64,000 bases of DNA from IMG/VR virus record IMGVR_UViG_2740892251_000001. One strand, written 5' to 3'. The notes below the pieces were generated by a model. That model saw nothing but the letters and a program-made list of their open reading frames with translations, made no database searches and was not told where the DNA came from. Numbering within the stretch: position 1 is the stretch's first letter; each line of letters begins with the position of its first letter. Made by a program: the position numbers and the translations under genes. The DNA comes from an uncultured virus (IMG/VR IMGVR_UViG_2740892251_000001). Its lineage: Duplodnaviria; Heunggongvirae; Uroviricota; Caudoviricetes. Positions 20,942 through 29,615 of the stretch are shown here, piece after piece.

Positions 20942-21289
20942 TTACTTCGGCTTCTTGTAGTTTATGGTGACTTCCATTCCACTGGTTGGCTTATTGGGTT
21001 CATACTTCCATTTGTAGATAGAATCTAAGGCTGATTTCTCAAAGAGATTTCTCGGCTCAGCTTCAACCACCTTTGCATTCTCAACTTTTCCGGCAGCGTT
21101 AATATCATAAGTAATCTTCACATACCCTTCTTTATCGTGCACCCAGGCGCGGGAAGGATATATTTCAATATTTCGCTCAATTAACTGCGGGGTATTGTTA
21201 TTTGAAACTAAATCATTCGCATTTGCTGTAATTTGAAAAAGAGACGAAAAGCACAACACCAGAAGCCCAAGCTTCATTTTATTTTTCAT
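20942..21289 (-). CDS. Secreted stand-alone TonB C-terminal domain protein
   Basis: Cleavable signal (…ITANA) then YPSRA...EGYVKITYDINAAGKVENAKVVEAEPRNLFEKSAL...KWKYEP; no Pro-rich linker. Confidence 0.85.
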   Translation of the reverse strand: MKNKMKLGLLVLCFSSLFQITANANDLVSNNNTPQLIERNIEIYPSRAWVHDKEGYVKITYDINAAGKVENAKVVEAEPRNLFEKSALDSIYKWKYEPNKPTSGMEVTINYKKPK

Positions 21290-21448
21290 GAATTTATCGC
21301 CTTTCTTATTTGTATAATTAACGATAGCAGTAATAAAGATAAGGGTATAATTGGTAATGCAGATCAATATCGCAATATTGATCGTTTAAAACGATCAACT
21401 TTTAAATAATTATCATCAAGAGCACCAATAAGATGCTCTTTGTGAGAA

Positions 21449-22198
21449 TTACGCGGTGATAGTAATATTACTCGTTCCGGTTTTAGCGCCATCATTCGTT
21501 GTGAATGTGATAGTCGCTGTACCGACTGCAACGCGGGTGACTAAACCCGTTGAGCTAACCGTTGCTTTGGTTGCGTCAGAGGTTGTCCATACACCCGTTT
21601 TATCAGTAGCGTCCGCAGGTAGAACGGTCGCGGTAAGCTGAACTGTTGCAGCGACCGCGCCAGTACTGGTTGCCGGAGCCACAGTTACGCTGGCAACTGG
21701 AATCGCCGAGCCATCAACGAAAGTGACAGAATCTGCATCAGCAACTTTCCACTCACCGGAGTAAGTAGCGAAGTCAGAAGAACCGAAATCTGAACTCCAT
21801 GAAGTGGTATTGAAGTAACCCTGAATATAGGTGCCATCATCCACGCCAAGGAAATCAAAGCGAACCCATAGACCCGGCTGGCGGCCTGCTTGGACCTCAT
21901 CGAAAATGTATTTCGACATTTTTACCGGGCCAACCTCGGTTGTTTTAGCTCTCTTACGCCACTCACCCTCACCTGAAATGGTCAAATCCATGTTAGTGAC
22001 CAGGTTCTCTACCAGCCCCTTGGCGTCATCCGCGTCAGAAGAAATGGTATTCATCGAATAATCGAGGCCTTTGGTAGTCAGCGCCCCCATGCGCTTCCAG
22101 TCCGCTACCTCTGGTGGTGTTTCCGGGCAACCAAACGCCATCCGCAAAACGGCGACGCGACCAACCAGCTTGCCGTAACCATTTTGGCAACCTTGCAT
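21449..22198 (-). CDS. Major tail tube protein with C-terminal Ig-like domain
   Basis: C-terminal VASVTVAP..QLTATVLPADATDK..ATVSSTGLVT (Big_2). Confidence 0.9.
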   Translation of the reverse strand: MQGCQNGYGKLVGRVAVLRMAFGCPETPPEVADWKRMGALTTKGLDYSMNTISSDADDAKGLVENLVTNMDLTISGEGEWRKRAKTTEVGPVKMSKYIFDEVQAGRQPGLWVRFDFLGVDDGTYIQGYFNTTSWSSDFGSSDFATYSGEWKVADADSVTFVDGSAIPVASVTVAPATSTGAVAATVQLTATVLPADATDKTGVWTTSDATKATVSSTGLVTRVAVGTATITFTTNDGAKTGTSNITITA

Positions 22199-22222
22199 AT
22201 TTTTTACCTCTATTAGTTCGGC

Positions 22223-22606
22223 TTAGTCGCCGTATTTAATTGCGAATTGAAGTCTGTAGACCAGGCGGCCTTCAGTGGTTGTTACGGGTGATGAGATACT
22301 GCCGAGGTTTTCAATGTAGCCAATGCAGTCATTCGGATTTGGATTGGCCTGAACGTGCGCGATTATTGCCTGTGCTGCATTATCCGCCGCTTCATCCTCG
22401 TTAACCGCGCCAATCACATCAACCAGGACGTAATACTCACTGCCAAGGTCGTTGCGAATTGAACTGCCGCCGTTGGGCCGAAAAACAATAAACTGCTCTG
22501 TCAGCTTGCCGGTATCACGCCATTTGAGCATTTGAGTAGTGAAAGCAGTAGTTAACCCAGACTCGACAAAGTAATCGCGAACACGCCGGTGCATTGATGG
22601 AGTCAT
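22223..22606 (-). CDS. Tail terminator / completion protein
   Basis: Position; TTEGRLVYRLQF. Confidence 0.7.
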   Translation of the reverse strand: MTPSMHRRVRDYFVESGLTTAFTTQMLKWRDTGKLTEQFIVFRPNGGSSIRNDLGSEYYVLVDVIGAVNEDEAADNAAQAIIAHVQANPNPNDCIGYIENLGSISSPVTTTEGRLVYRLQFAIKYGD

Positions 22607-22971
22607 AGTTTCATTTCCTCCATAATCGCCTTTTCAATGGACTGCCTAGCGTCCGCGAAACCTTTCGTAAGAAACTCTTTCTCGGCCATTGGTCTGCGGA
22701 ATACCTGTTTAACGCTAGGGTCATGGACATATATCGCGTAATTAGCCGAATAGCCCACACGCCCGGTCAGCCTAGTGCCATTCGCGCTGATATCACGAAA
22801 CTGAGAATTGATAAGGGTTGATGTATCGATGGGGGTATAGAGTGCAGCCTGTGACGCTCCGATAATTAACGCCTTAGTTATCGCCCTGACAGCTTTCCGG
22901 CCTTGAATGTCATTAATCAGCCTATTCAGATTAGCTTTAGCCTCTCTGATGCCTTTAACCTTCGCGCCCAT
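22603..22971 (-). CDS. HK97 gp10-like neck protein
   Basis: TPIDTSTLINS, VGYSANYAIYVH, KEFL; ATG at 22971. Confidence 0.8.
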   Translation of the reverse strand: MGAKVKGIREAKANLNRLINDIQGRKAVRAITKALIIGASQAALYTPIDTSTLINSQFRDISANGTRLTGRVGYSANYAIYVHDPSVKQVFRRPMAEKEFLTKGFADARQSIEKAIMEEMKL

Positions 22972-22972
22972 G

Positions 22973-23323
22973 TCAGACTCCCGTGATAATTGCGAAATCG
23001 TCCGCAATGCGCTCGAATGTGTCAGCGTAACGAATGATATGCTTTACCTCATCAGCGCCATCCACCTTGGTCGGGTCAGTCGCTACCGAATCGCCAATCA
23101 GGATGTAGTCGCCCCGTTCGGCGTCAGCGTACTCAGTCCAGTGCGTGTTTTTGATAACGAACTCTAAACCAAGGCCACCCAGCTTTGCGGTAGCATCACC
23201 GCCGTAATCGCACATAATATGAATGGGAGGAAACCAAGCCTGCTTGCCATAATCATCTGGCTTCCCGTTCTTCTTCCATAACGTTACTGTTGCCGTGTAG
23301 CTCCAGTTTGCGGCGCTGCTCAT
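22973..23323 (-). CDS. Head closure / head-tail joining protein
   Basis: MSSAANWSYTA..TLW; position. Confidence 0.7.
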   Translation of the reverse strand: MSSAANWSYTATVTLWKKNGKPDDYGKQAWFPPIHIMCDYGGDATAKLGGLGLEFVIKNTHWTEYADAERGDYILIGDSVATDPTKVDGADEVKHIIRYADTFERIADDFAIITGV

Positions 23324-23631
23324 AAGTGGTACCTCTCATACTGGTATGGTTCGCATTCATTACAGCCAACGACTGTGAACCCTGACAGCTGTTTGTCATC
23401 ACCATAAATTGCCGCAAGATATCCAGTGCCAGGCGCTGCCAATCCATTAAGTATCCCGACTGTGCCCACTGTTAAAACTCCTTGAGAGTCCCGACCTAAC
23501 ATAATCGGACAGTCTGATGATGCCATGACTTCATTAACAATGACTCGGCTGGAAATAATGGACTCAACAGCTACTGGGTCAGACTTGAACATCATATTCA
23601 TCAAGTCAGCGAGTTTTTTTGCTTCAATCAT
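23320..23631 (-). CDS. Hypothetical protein; homologue of 61931..62209
   Basis: Translationally coupled in the head operon; DP..I..R...N...G..G.LN.L...AA.Y.D motif. Confidence 0.75.
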   Translation of the reverse strand: MIEAKKLADLMNMMFKSDPVAVESIISSRVIVNEVMASSDCPIMLGRDSQGVLTVGTVGILNGLAAPGTGYLAAIYGDDKQLSGFTVVGCNECEPYQYERYHL

Positions 23632-24011
23632 TAATTTCCCCTTACTGTCATAAACAGCCCGACCGGATTACCAACAGTAATTGGAAGCCCGCTAGTGCAT
23701 CCAAACGCATCCATAGCCGTTAATGAATCACGAAGCTGCGCAAGCCCCGCCTCCCCATATTCAAATGAACGTGAAGCCCCTGATGGCGCTGATTGTGACT
23801 TAATCTTCCTGGCACCAGACGAGGCAGCCATTAGCGCTATTGCATACAGCTTGATTAATTGCTGAATACAATCGTCATAGCCTGCCTCGTCTAAGCAAAT
23901 ATCGATTTTATCAACCTGGCAGATGATCAGATTCAGCACAACGTCCGGGATGAAATAGCCCAGTTCTGCCAGAAGTGATTTAACATCTGCGGGGGTGATC
24001 TGGGCTGCCAT
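23631..24011 (-). CDS. Head-tail adaptor
   Basis: ARKIKSQSAPSGASRSFEY; position after the capsid genes. Confidence 0.75.
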   Translation of the reverse strand: MAAQITPADVKSLLAELGYFIPDVVLNLIICQVDKIDICLDEAGYDDCIQQLIKLYAIALMAASSGARKIKSQSAPSGASRSFEYGEAGLAQLRDSLTAMDAFGCTSGLPITVGNPVGLFMTVRGN

Positions 24012-24013
24012 TG

Positions 24014-24304
24014 TTATTTCCCTTTTGTAGTTGCTGCTTTCAACGCGGCTTCGGCGGTATTTGCCCGATCTGTTTCGTCGGCCAGTTCATCGTCCTTTGC
24101 TTTCAACGCGGCTTCGGCGGCAACGAGTGCCGCTTTAAGTTCGTCAATTTCAGGGGATGGCGTGGCAACCTCAAATTCACGGTTATCAGTAACTAAGCGG
24201 ACATGAGAAACCAAAGCGGGATGCAGTTTTTGTAGTTCAACCACATCCCCCTCTTTCTGACCAGCAATCCAAGGTCGAGTGATTACGTACTTTTCCATTC
24301 CCAT
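24014..24304 (-). CDS. Small head-associated protein
   Basis: ORF directly after the major capsid gene; coiled C-terminus. Confidence 0.6.
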   Translation of the reverse strand: MGMEKYVITRPWIAGQKEGDVVELQKLHPALVSHVRLVTDNREFEVATPSPEIDELKAALVAAEAALKAKDDELADETDRANTAEAALKAATTKGK

Positions 24305-24308
24305 CTCC

Positions 24309-25391
24309 TTAACTCATGTCAGCAGCATAGAACACGCCACCACGACCGTTAACGTCAGCCTTGATTTGAATACCCATCAACGCCCAGATCATGAAGTCGT
24401 AGTTTGCGTTTGGCATCAAGCGCGGCACTGCAACAGTTGATACCGGTGCACCAACTAACGGGCTGATGTATTCGCGATTCTTCACGTAACCGAAGAATTC
24501 GTTACCCTTCATTTTGAATGTAGAGCGGAAAGCTTTAATGCGGGAGAAGCGCAGAATTTCCTCACGCAGAGTGCCTTCTTTATAGTTACCAGATTGAGAC
24601 AATGGCGCATCCAGACGGCGGCGAATCTCTGGGGAAATCCACAACACATCAACAGCATCGATGTAGTTGTCATCCAGAATTTTTGCGAAGTCCTGGTTAA
24701 AGAACGCTATGATCTGGTCATTAGTTGCGGTAACCAGATTGATGTTGGCACCTGAAGCACCTAGATCGATTTTCTTGGTGTTACGGTGGTTACGAATACC
24801 CTGACCAACATAGCTGCCAGCCTTGGCACGTGAAGAGCCATCCAGTATATAGTCGGCAATATGACTGAATACCTTCACCATCTTGCGAGCCTGAGACTCA
24901 ACAACTAAATCGATGTTCTCAGACTTGAGTCCAGTCCAGTGACGCCAGTTCACACCGAAACCAGCAGTAAAGGCAGGAACCGGATCGCCATCAGTGTCAA
25001 AATCGATATGATCTTTGTACACCGGTGGCTGGGCATCCATAGAGATGGTTACTTCATCAGAGATATCCTGACCAACGGTGTACAGTTTCGCCGTCTTGCC
25101 CGGATTAATTGGCGTACCGATTGATTGCAGGTCAGTTAAGAACTCGCGGCCTTGGTCATTATCGCGGATCTGGATGATTTGGTTATCCACTTCCTGCCAG
25201 AAGTCACGCGTCAGAATGCCAGCGGCATTTTTAACGTAAGCTTCACTGTTCTGCATGCCACCTTGGATCAAGCCTTCAGTGATATTGGACTGAGCATTTG
25301 CAGCGATGCGTCGCTCTTCTTGCAGCGCTCGGTACTGCGCCATGTATGCGGCATTGTTGAAATGCCCGTCTGCGTGATTAAAAACTAACAT
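24309..25391 (-). CDS. Major capsid protein
   Basis: 360 aa; DGDPVPAF..GFGVNWR, MGIQIKAD..GRGGV; position. Confidence 0.85.
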   Translation of the reverse strand: MLVFNHADGHFNNAAYMAQYRALQEERRIAANAQSNITEGLIQGGMQNSEAYVKNAAGILTRDFWQEVDNQIIQIRDNDQGREFLTDLQSIGTPINPGKTAKLYTVGQDISDEVTISMDAQPPVYKDHIDFDTDGDPVPAFTAGFGVNWRHWTGLKSENIDLVVESQARKMVKVFSHIADYILDGSSRAKAGSYVGQGIRNHRNTKKIDLGASGANINLVTATNDQIIAFFNQDFAKILDDNYIDAVDVLWISPEIRRRLDAPLSQSGNYKEGTLREEILRFSRIKAFRSTFKMKGNEFFGYVKNREYISPLVGAPVSTVAVPRLMPNANYDFMIWALMGIQIKADVNGRGGVFYAADMS

Positions 25392-25401
25392 TCATATCTC
25401 C

Positions 25402-25830
25402 TTAAGCAGCGCGAACGATGACGAGTTCAGAGGAAGCGCCAACGGTAAACTTCTCTTTCGAGTAAGCCACGATGTGATCAGTGCCCACTACGCCAATGCG
25501 CAGTACGCCGGCAGCGTCCACAGCCAAAGGAGTATCGACATTCAATGCAGCAGCAGCTTTCACCAACATTGCAAACGATCGGCCAGTCTCGAAATAGTTG
25601 CCCACTCCAATATCACCAATAGCTACAGTTTCGGTAACTCGCTTACCTTGCAGATAATCAACGCCGATAGCATAAAGCTGGATCCCCTCACCCGCGCCAG
25701 CAGTGACAAACTTGTCGAACTTGTCATCTGAACCGATAAAAGCCAGGCTGCCCGGCAACACTGTAACCTTCATTTGGCGGTTTTCTGTTTCTGCCGCGCC
25801 ATCAATGTTAATGCGGTTATATCGAGCCAT
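25402..25830 (-). CDS. Head decoration protein
   Basis: Between scaffold and capsid; MARYNRINIDG. Confidence 0.7.
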   Translation of the reverse strand: MARYNRINIDGAAETENRQMKVTVLPGSLAFIGSDDKFDKFVTAGAGEGIQLYAIGVDYLQGKRVTETVAIGDIGVGNYFETGRSFAMLVKAAAALNVDTPLAVDAAGVLRIGVVGTDHIVAYSKEKFTVGASSELVIVRAA

Positions 25831-27180
25831 TTACGCCACCTTCCCCGGAATGTAATCAGCCATATCGTCCTGCGCGTCACCGTGGTTAAACGCACCATTT
25901 AGCCCAATAGTTGTTTGGGTTTGAGCAAACAACCCATCTAAAGCCTCACCCGCTAGCGTATTAACTGCGGCATCTTCAAGCTTGAATTTAGCCTTCACTG
26001 CTGCTCGCTTGGTCGCCAGTTCTTTATCTGCATTGGCTGCTAACTGAGTTTTTAACCCGGCAAGCTCGTCGCTCAAGGGCTTTACCGCTGCATTTACTGC
26101 GGCAGTAATGGCATCAGTGTTGACAGTGGTGTCAGCAGGCTTAGCCATCAGTTGGTTGTAGGCATCCAGCAGCTCGGCCTCAGTTTTGCCGTCAGTCGGC
26201 TTTCCAGCAGCTTTCAGCGTATTGGTAATCATGTCTTTCATTGGATTTAATTCTCCGTTGGTTTTAACTTCGTCGTACTCGACTTTTTTAATGACTTCGG
26301 TTGGTTCGCCAACGAGTTGCGCTGTCTGCGACTCATCGATTAGGTAGGATTGTTTAAACTTTTTTGGGCCATCTTCGTAGATGAAATAATTGGGGTAAAT
26401 GGACTCAATCCAGCGACGAATATCGAATTCACGGCCAGCATTCAGCACATTGCTAATAGATTCGTAGATTTCACTGTGGGACAGTTGCGAGTTAGTACTG
26501 AAATGAAACAGAACCTTGTTAAACCAGCCTTCGCGGGTGCAATCGGTAGAATCAGCCAGGCTTACCGTTTCAATCTGAAGTTCCTCACCCGCAGCATTAA
26601 CAAAAATGCCTACACCCTCACGTGGCGTTCCGGCTGGCGTCTCATGCAATAGAATTGCGCAGTGGTCGTAGGCATGGTTACGAGCAATCCAGTTGTATTT
26701 TTTACCCTTCGATACTCCCTTTCCTGCCGAACGATTCAGATTTAGCCCGGTTGATACGCCGACTGGCTCAACCTCTTCCCCCGCTTTCATGTCGTCTAGT
26801 CGATTAACGACCTCTTTACCCTTATCCGTAGCTTCGGCATAACGGCGGTTAACGCACATATCCATCAGTACGCGATCGCCGTCTTTACGAACGTTGCGAG
26901 CAAAAGCACCGATGTGATACTCGTTGACGGCCCGCACATTACTCGCGCTGACGTATTGGCCCTCAATCTTCGGGTGCCCATAGGGCATGGGCTTACCTTC
27001 AAGGCTTTTAAAGCCCTTTGAAATCTCGTCTGCCGGGTACAGTCCGCCATTGAGCACGATATCGTCGATGACCGGACAGACGTCCTTCACAACGATGTGC
27101 TCAACGCCATCAATGATTTCTGAGGTGATGTTTGAAGCGGAGTTGATGACCGACAGCACGTTTACGCAGATGCGTGACAT
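25831..27180 (-). CDS. Prohead protease/scaffold (DUF2213-like)
   Basis: IVLNGGLYP, GHP, VSTGL, DHCAILL; Ala-rich scaffold C-terminus. Confidence 0.8.
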   Translation of the reverse strand: MSRICVNVLSVINSASNITSEIIDGVEHIVVKDVCPVIDDIVLNGGLYPADEISKGFKSLEGKPMPYGHPKIEGQYVSASNVRAVNEYHIGAFARNVRKDGDRVLMDMCVNRRYAEATDKGKEVVNRLDDMKAGEEVEPVGVSTGLNLNRSAGKGVSKGKKYNWIARNHAYDHCAILLHETPAGTPREGVGIFVNAAGEELQIETVSLADSTDCTREGWFNKVLFHFSTNSQLSHSEIYESISNVLNAGREFDIRRWIESIYPNYFIYEDGPKKFKQSYLIDESQTAQLVGEPTEVIKKVEYDEVKTNGELNPMKDMITNTLKAAGKPTDGKTEAELLDAYNQLMAKPADTTVNTDAITAAVNAAVKPLSDELAGLKTQLAANADKELATKRAAVKAKFKLEDAAVNTLAGEALDGLFAQTQTTIGLNGAFNHGDAQDDMADYIPGKVA

Positions 27181-27215
27181 GCTGAGTCCTCTTTATGGTT
27201 TAATCGGTGGTGGTG

Positions 27216-28208
27216 CTATGCCGTAACGCCTTCCGTCTCTTGCCACTGCTTGCGCTCAACTACAAGACGTTCAATTAAGTTAGGGTTGAGAAGTTTGCCG
27301 CTGTCATTGACAATTGCTGGTATCTGGCTGCAATAGCACCGGTATTTATTACCATCAATGCTGTACCACTCCCGCACATCGGCAACAGTACGCAATCGAC
27401 CATGCCAATAAGCATGGGTCATTCGCGTTGTTGGCTTAAGTGCTGACAGATGCAGCAACATGGTATTCAGTCCAAGGCGATCTTTAGCCCACTCTGTTTC
27501 CGCCCACTGGGCTTGACGCAATGCACTAACCTGCTCAGTCTGAGCGATGTTCTCAGCCTTACTCATCGATACATCAAGACGCTTGCTGATTATGCTGGCA
27601 GTTTCTCGGGGGTTAACTCCTCGACCTATAGCGTCAGCCAGAACGTTAGCTAAATCAGCGCGAGTGGTATCCGATAACCCTTTCCAGTCGCTATACACCG
27701 GCACGTATGCCATCTGTATCTGATTAAGGTAAGGTGCACTAAACAGCAATTGAGATAACGTGGTTTGCGCGGAATATATGGGGGACTGTGCCGCAAGGTT
27801 TGTATAGGCATTTAATGTGCCGCGTTCAAATTCAGATGAGACATATGACATAGCCCAAATATTCTGACCATTACCTTCAAGCAGATAATCGTCAAGTATC
27901 GTCTGCACAATCTCCAGTAGCGCCGCCAATCGCCTTGCGTCCATGTCGTAGATAAACTCTCCGGCATTGACGTAATAAAGTGATGGCAGATCATCGGCTT
28001 CGTTATTGCAGATAATGGCGGTTGATTGAGAGTTATTGGTTTGAATGGTACCGGTTAGATAAATATCGAATTGCTGTCTGAGCGCTACTTTGATGTCGTA
28101 ATACCGCTGGGCGATATCACTGCGCATCTTATTTACCTGGCGGCTGCTTTGAGTTGGGTCCGCTTTGTTTCTTGGTATCACCGGCAGGCCCGGACGTTTG
28201 TTTATCAT
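27216..28208 (-). CDS. Head morphogenesis protein (SPP1 gp7/Mu gpF family)
   Basis: IAQTEQ...TTRMTHA..HG...RCYCS. Confidence 0.88.
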   Translation of the reverse strand: MINKRPGLPVIPRNKADPTQSSRQVNKMRSDIAQRYYDIKVALRQQFDIYLTGTIQTNNSQSTAIICNNEADDLPSLYYVNAGEFIYDMDARRLAALLEIVQTILDDYLLEGNGQNIWAMSYVSSEFERGTLNAYTNLAAQSPIYSAQTTLSQLLFSAPYLNQIQMAYVPVYSDWKGLSDTTRADLANVLADAIGRGVNPRETASIISKRLDVSMSKAENIAQTEQVSALRQAQWAETEWAKDRLGLNTMLLHLSALKPTTRMTHAYWHGRLRTVADVREWYSIDGNKYRCYCSQIPAIVNDSGKLLNPNLIERLVVERKQWQETEGVTA

Positions 28209-29604
28209 CGGTCAACGGGTCTCCTATTGGTAGCGGTGGTAGCTCTATCTCGTACTCTGGCAAAGTTGGTAACTCAGCGGCGGCCCGGATTTCGTTCTCT
28301 TTAATAGCTGAACGCCCAAATGCGTTTTGTGTCTTAACCGCTACATCAGCCATCTTGTCAGCATCAGCAATTTTCTCTGCCTTGCTGGGCGCGAGCAAGT
28401 CAGACCATGAGATTGTAATCTCACCGGATGGCGGCTCATCAATAATTCCGAATGTCCAGAAGCGAGTAAGCACGATCTCAATTAGATCAGACAGAAATCC
28501 ATTGCGCCGTGACATGCGGGTTTTGGCCCAATCTTTCGCATCTTCAGATGATGCTCGCTCACCCGTTTGCATTCCCATCAACACCTTGAAAGGCATGGGT
28601 ATGGTTGAGCAGAACTCATTAATGAGGGTGCGCCACGTTGGCTCAGGATCTCCCGGCGTAACCGATAACACCGTAGCTTTACCTGATTGCATGAACGCAG
28701 CGCTATCAGTGCTATTATTTAGTCGCTTAACCTGCTCATCTAAGCCATCAGCCAACCCATCAGGCGGGACGCCTAATGCGGCTGCGAGCGTCTTAAAGTT
28801 AGTATCTTTATCGAACTCGTAATTTAGCTGTCGGCTGGCATTTTTCAGGAAGCCCTCAGCAGCTCCGCCAGATGTCTTTTCTATATCAAGCAGCTTATTG
28901 AAACCAGCCCTTAACAGTGGAACGCCAGAGGTTAGCGTCCCATCCTCGGAACCTTCAGCCAAGATGATAACGCGATCAGGGTGAATATTGACTTGCCGAG
29001 ATGGTGCGCCGCTATACTGCCCTTCAACCGGTAATTCGGTATAGGAGTACATTTTGGGTTGCCCGTAATTCTCGCTAAGCGGGTCGGTATCCCAGTCAGA
29101 AACATCAAGCTGCGACTCCCATACGGGAATTAGCCTAATGAGTGCTTTCTCCTTAAGCGATCCGATGGTGGTTGCCACTATTGGTTCAGACCATTGAGAG
29201 TTATCACGTAGCTGAATCAACAGGGCCGAATAACGCCCAACAAGATTACGCCGGTCAGCGTCTTTAATTTGCTTCCAGCAGCGCTTGAGTAGCTTCTTAG
29301 TTGCTTTATCCCATGGTGTTTCCCCCTTGGAATCTTGCGATTTTTCACCATCAAACACTTCTGGGTAATCTTCCCAGCAGCCTTCAACCATCCTCTTTAT
29401 TGCAGCCCCGGCCACTGCATTCCGTTCGTAGGCGTTGTAATACTCATCGAAAGTCAGGTTCTCTGGATATCCAAACTCCTGATATATCCGAGTTCGCTTA
29501 GTATTTCCTGACTTGCCGAAGCTGATGTTCATCATTCGGGCGCGTTCAATCGCCAGGCTATTCACCGCCATGGACAACGCTTTAATATCGATATTATTGC
29601 TCAC
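28129..29604 (-). CDS. Portal protein (DUF1073-like)
   Basis: IHPDRVII, GGAAEGFLKNASRQL, GMQTGERASSED. Confidence 0.85.
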   Translation of the reverse strand: MSNNIDIKALSMAVNSLAIERARMMNISFGKSGNTKRTRIYQEFGYPENLTFDEYYNAYERNAVAGAAIKRMVEGCWEDYPEVFDGEKSQDSKGETPWDKATKKLLKRCWKQIKDADRRNLVGRYSALLIQLRDNSQWSEPIVATTIGSLKEKALIRLIPVWESQLDVSDWDTDPLSENYGQPKMYSYTELPVEGQYSGAPSRQVNIHPDRVIILAEGSEDGTLTSGVPLLRAGFNKLLDIEKTSGGAAEGFLKNASRQLNYEFDKDTNFKTLAAALGVPPDGLADGLDEQVKRLNNSTDSAAFMQSGKATVLSVTPGDPEPTWRTLINEFCSTIPMPFKVLMGMQTGERASSEDAKDWAKTRMSRRNGFLSDLIEIVLTRFWTFGIIDEPPSGEITISWSDLLAPSKAEKIADADKMADVAVKTQNAFGRSAIKENEIRAAAELPTLPEYEIELPPLPIGDPLTDDKQTSGPAGDTKKQSGPNSKQPPGK

Positions 29605-29615
29605 GTCATCCTCCG

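Noticed and set aside
21378..21398. FNR site
   Set aside because: TTGAT/ATCAA spacing is 11 nt, not 4
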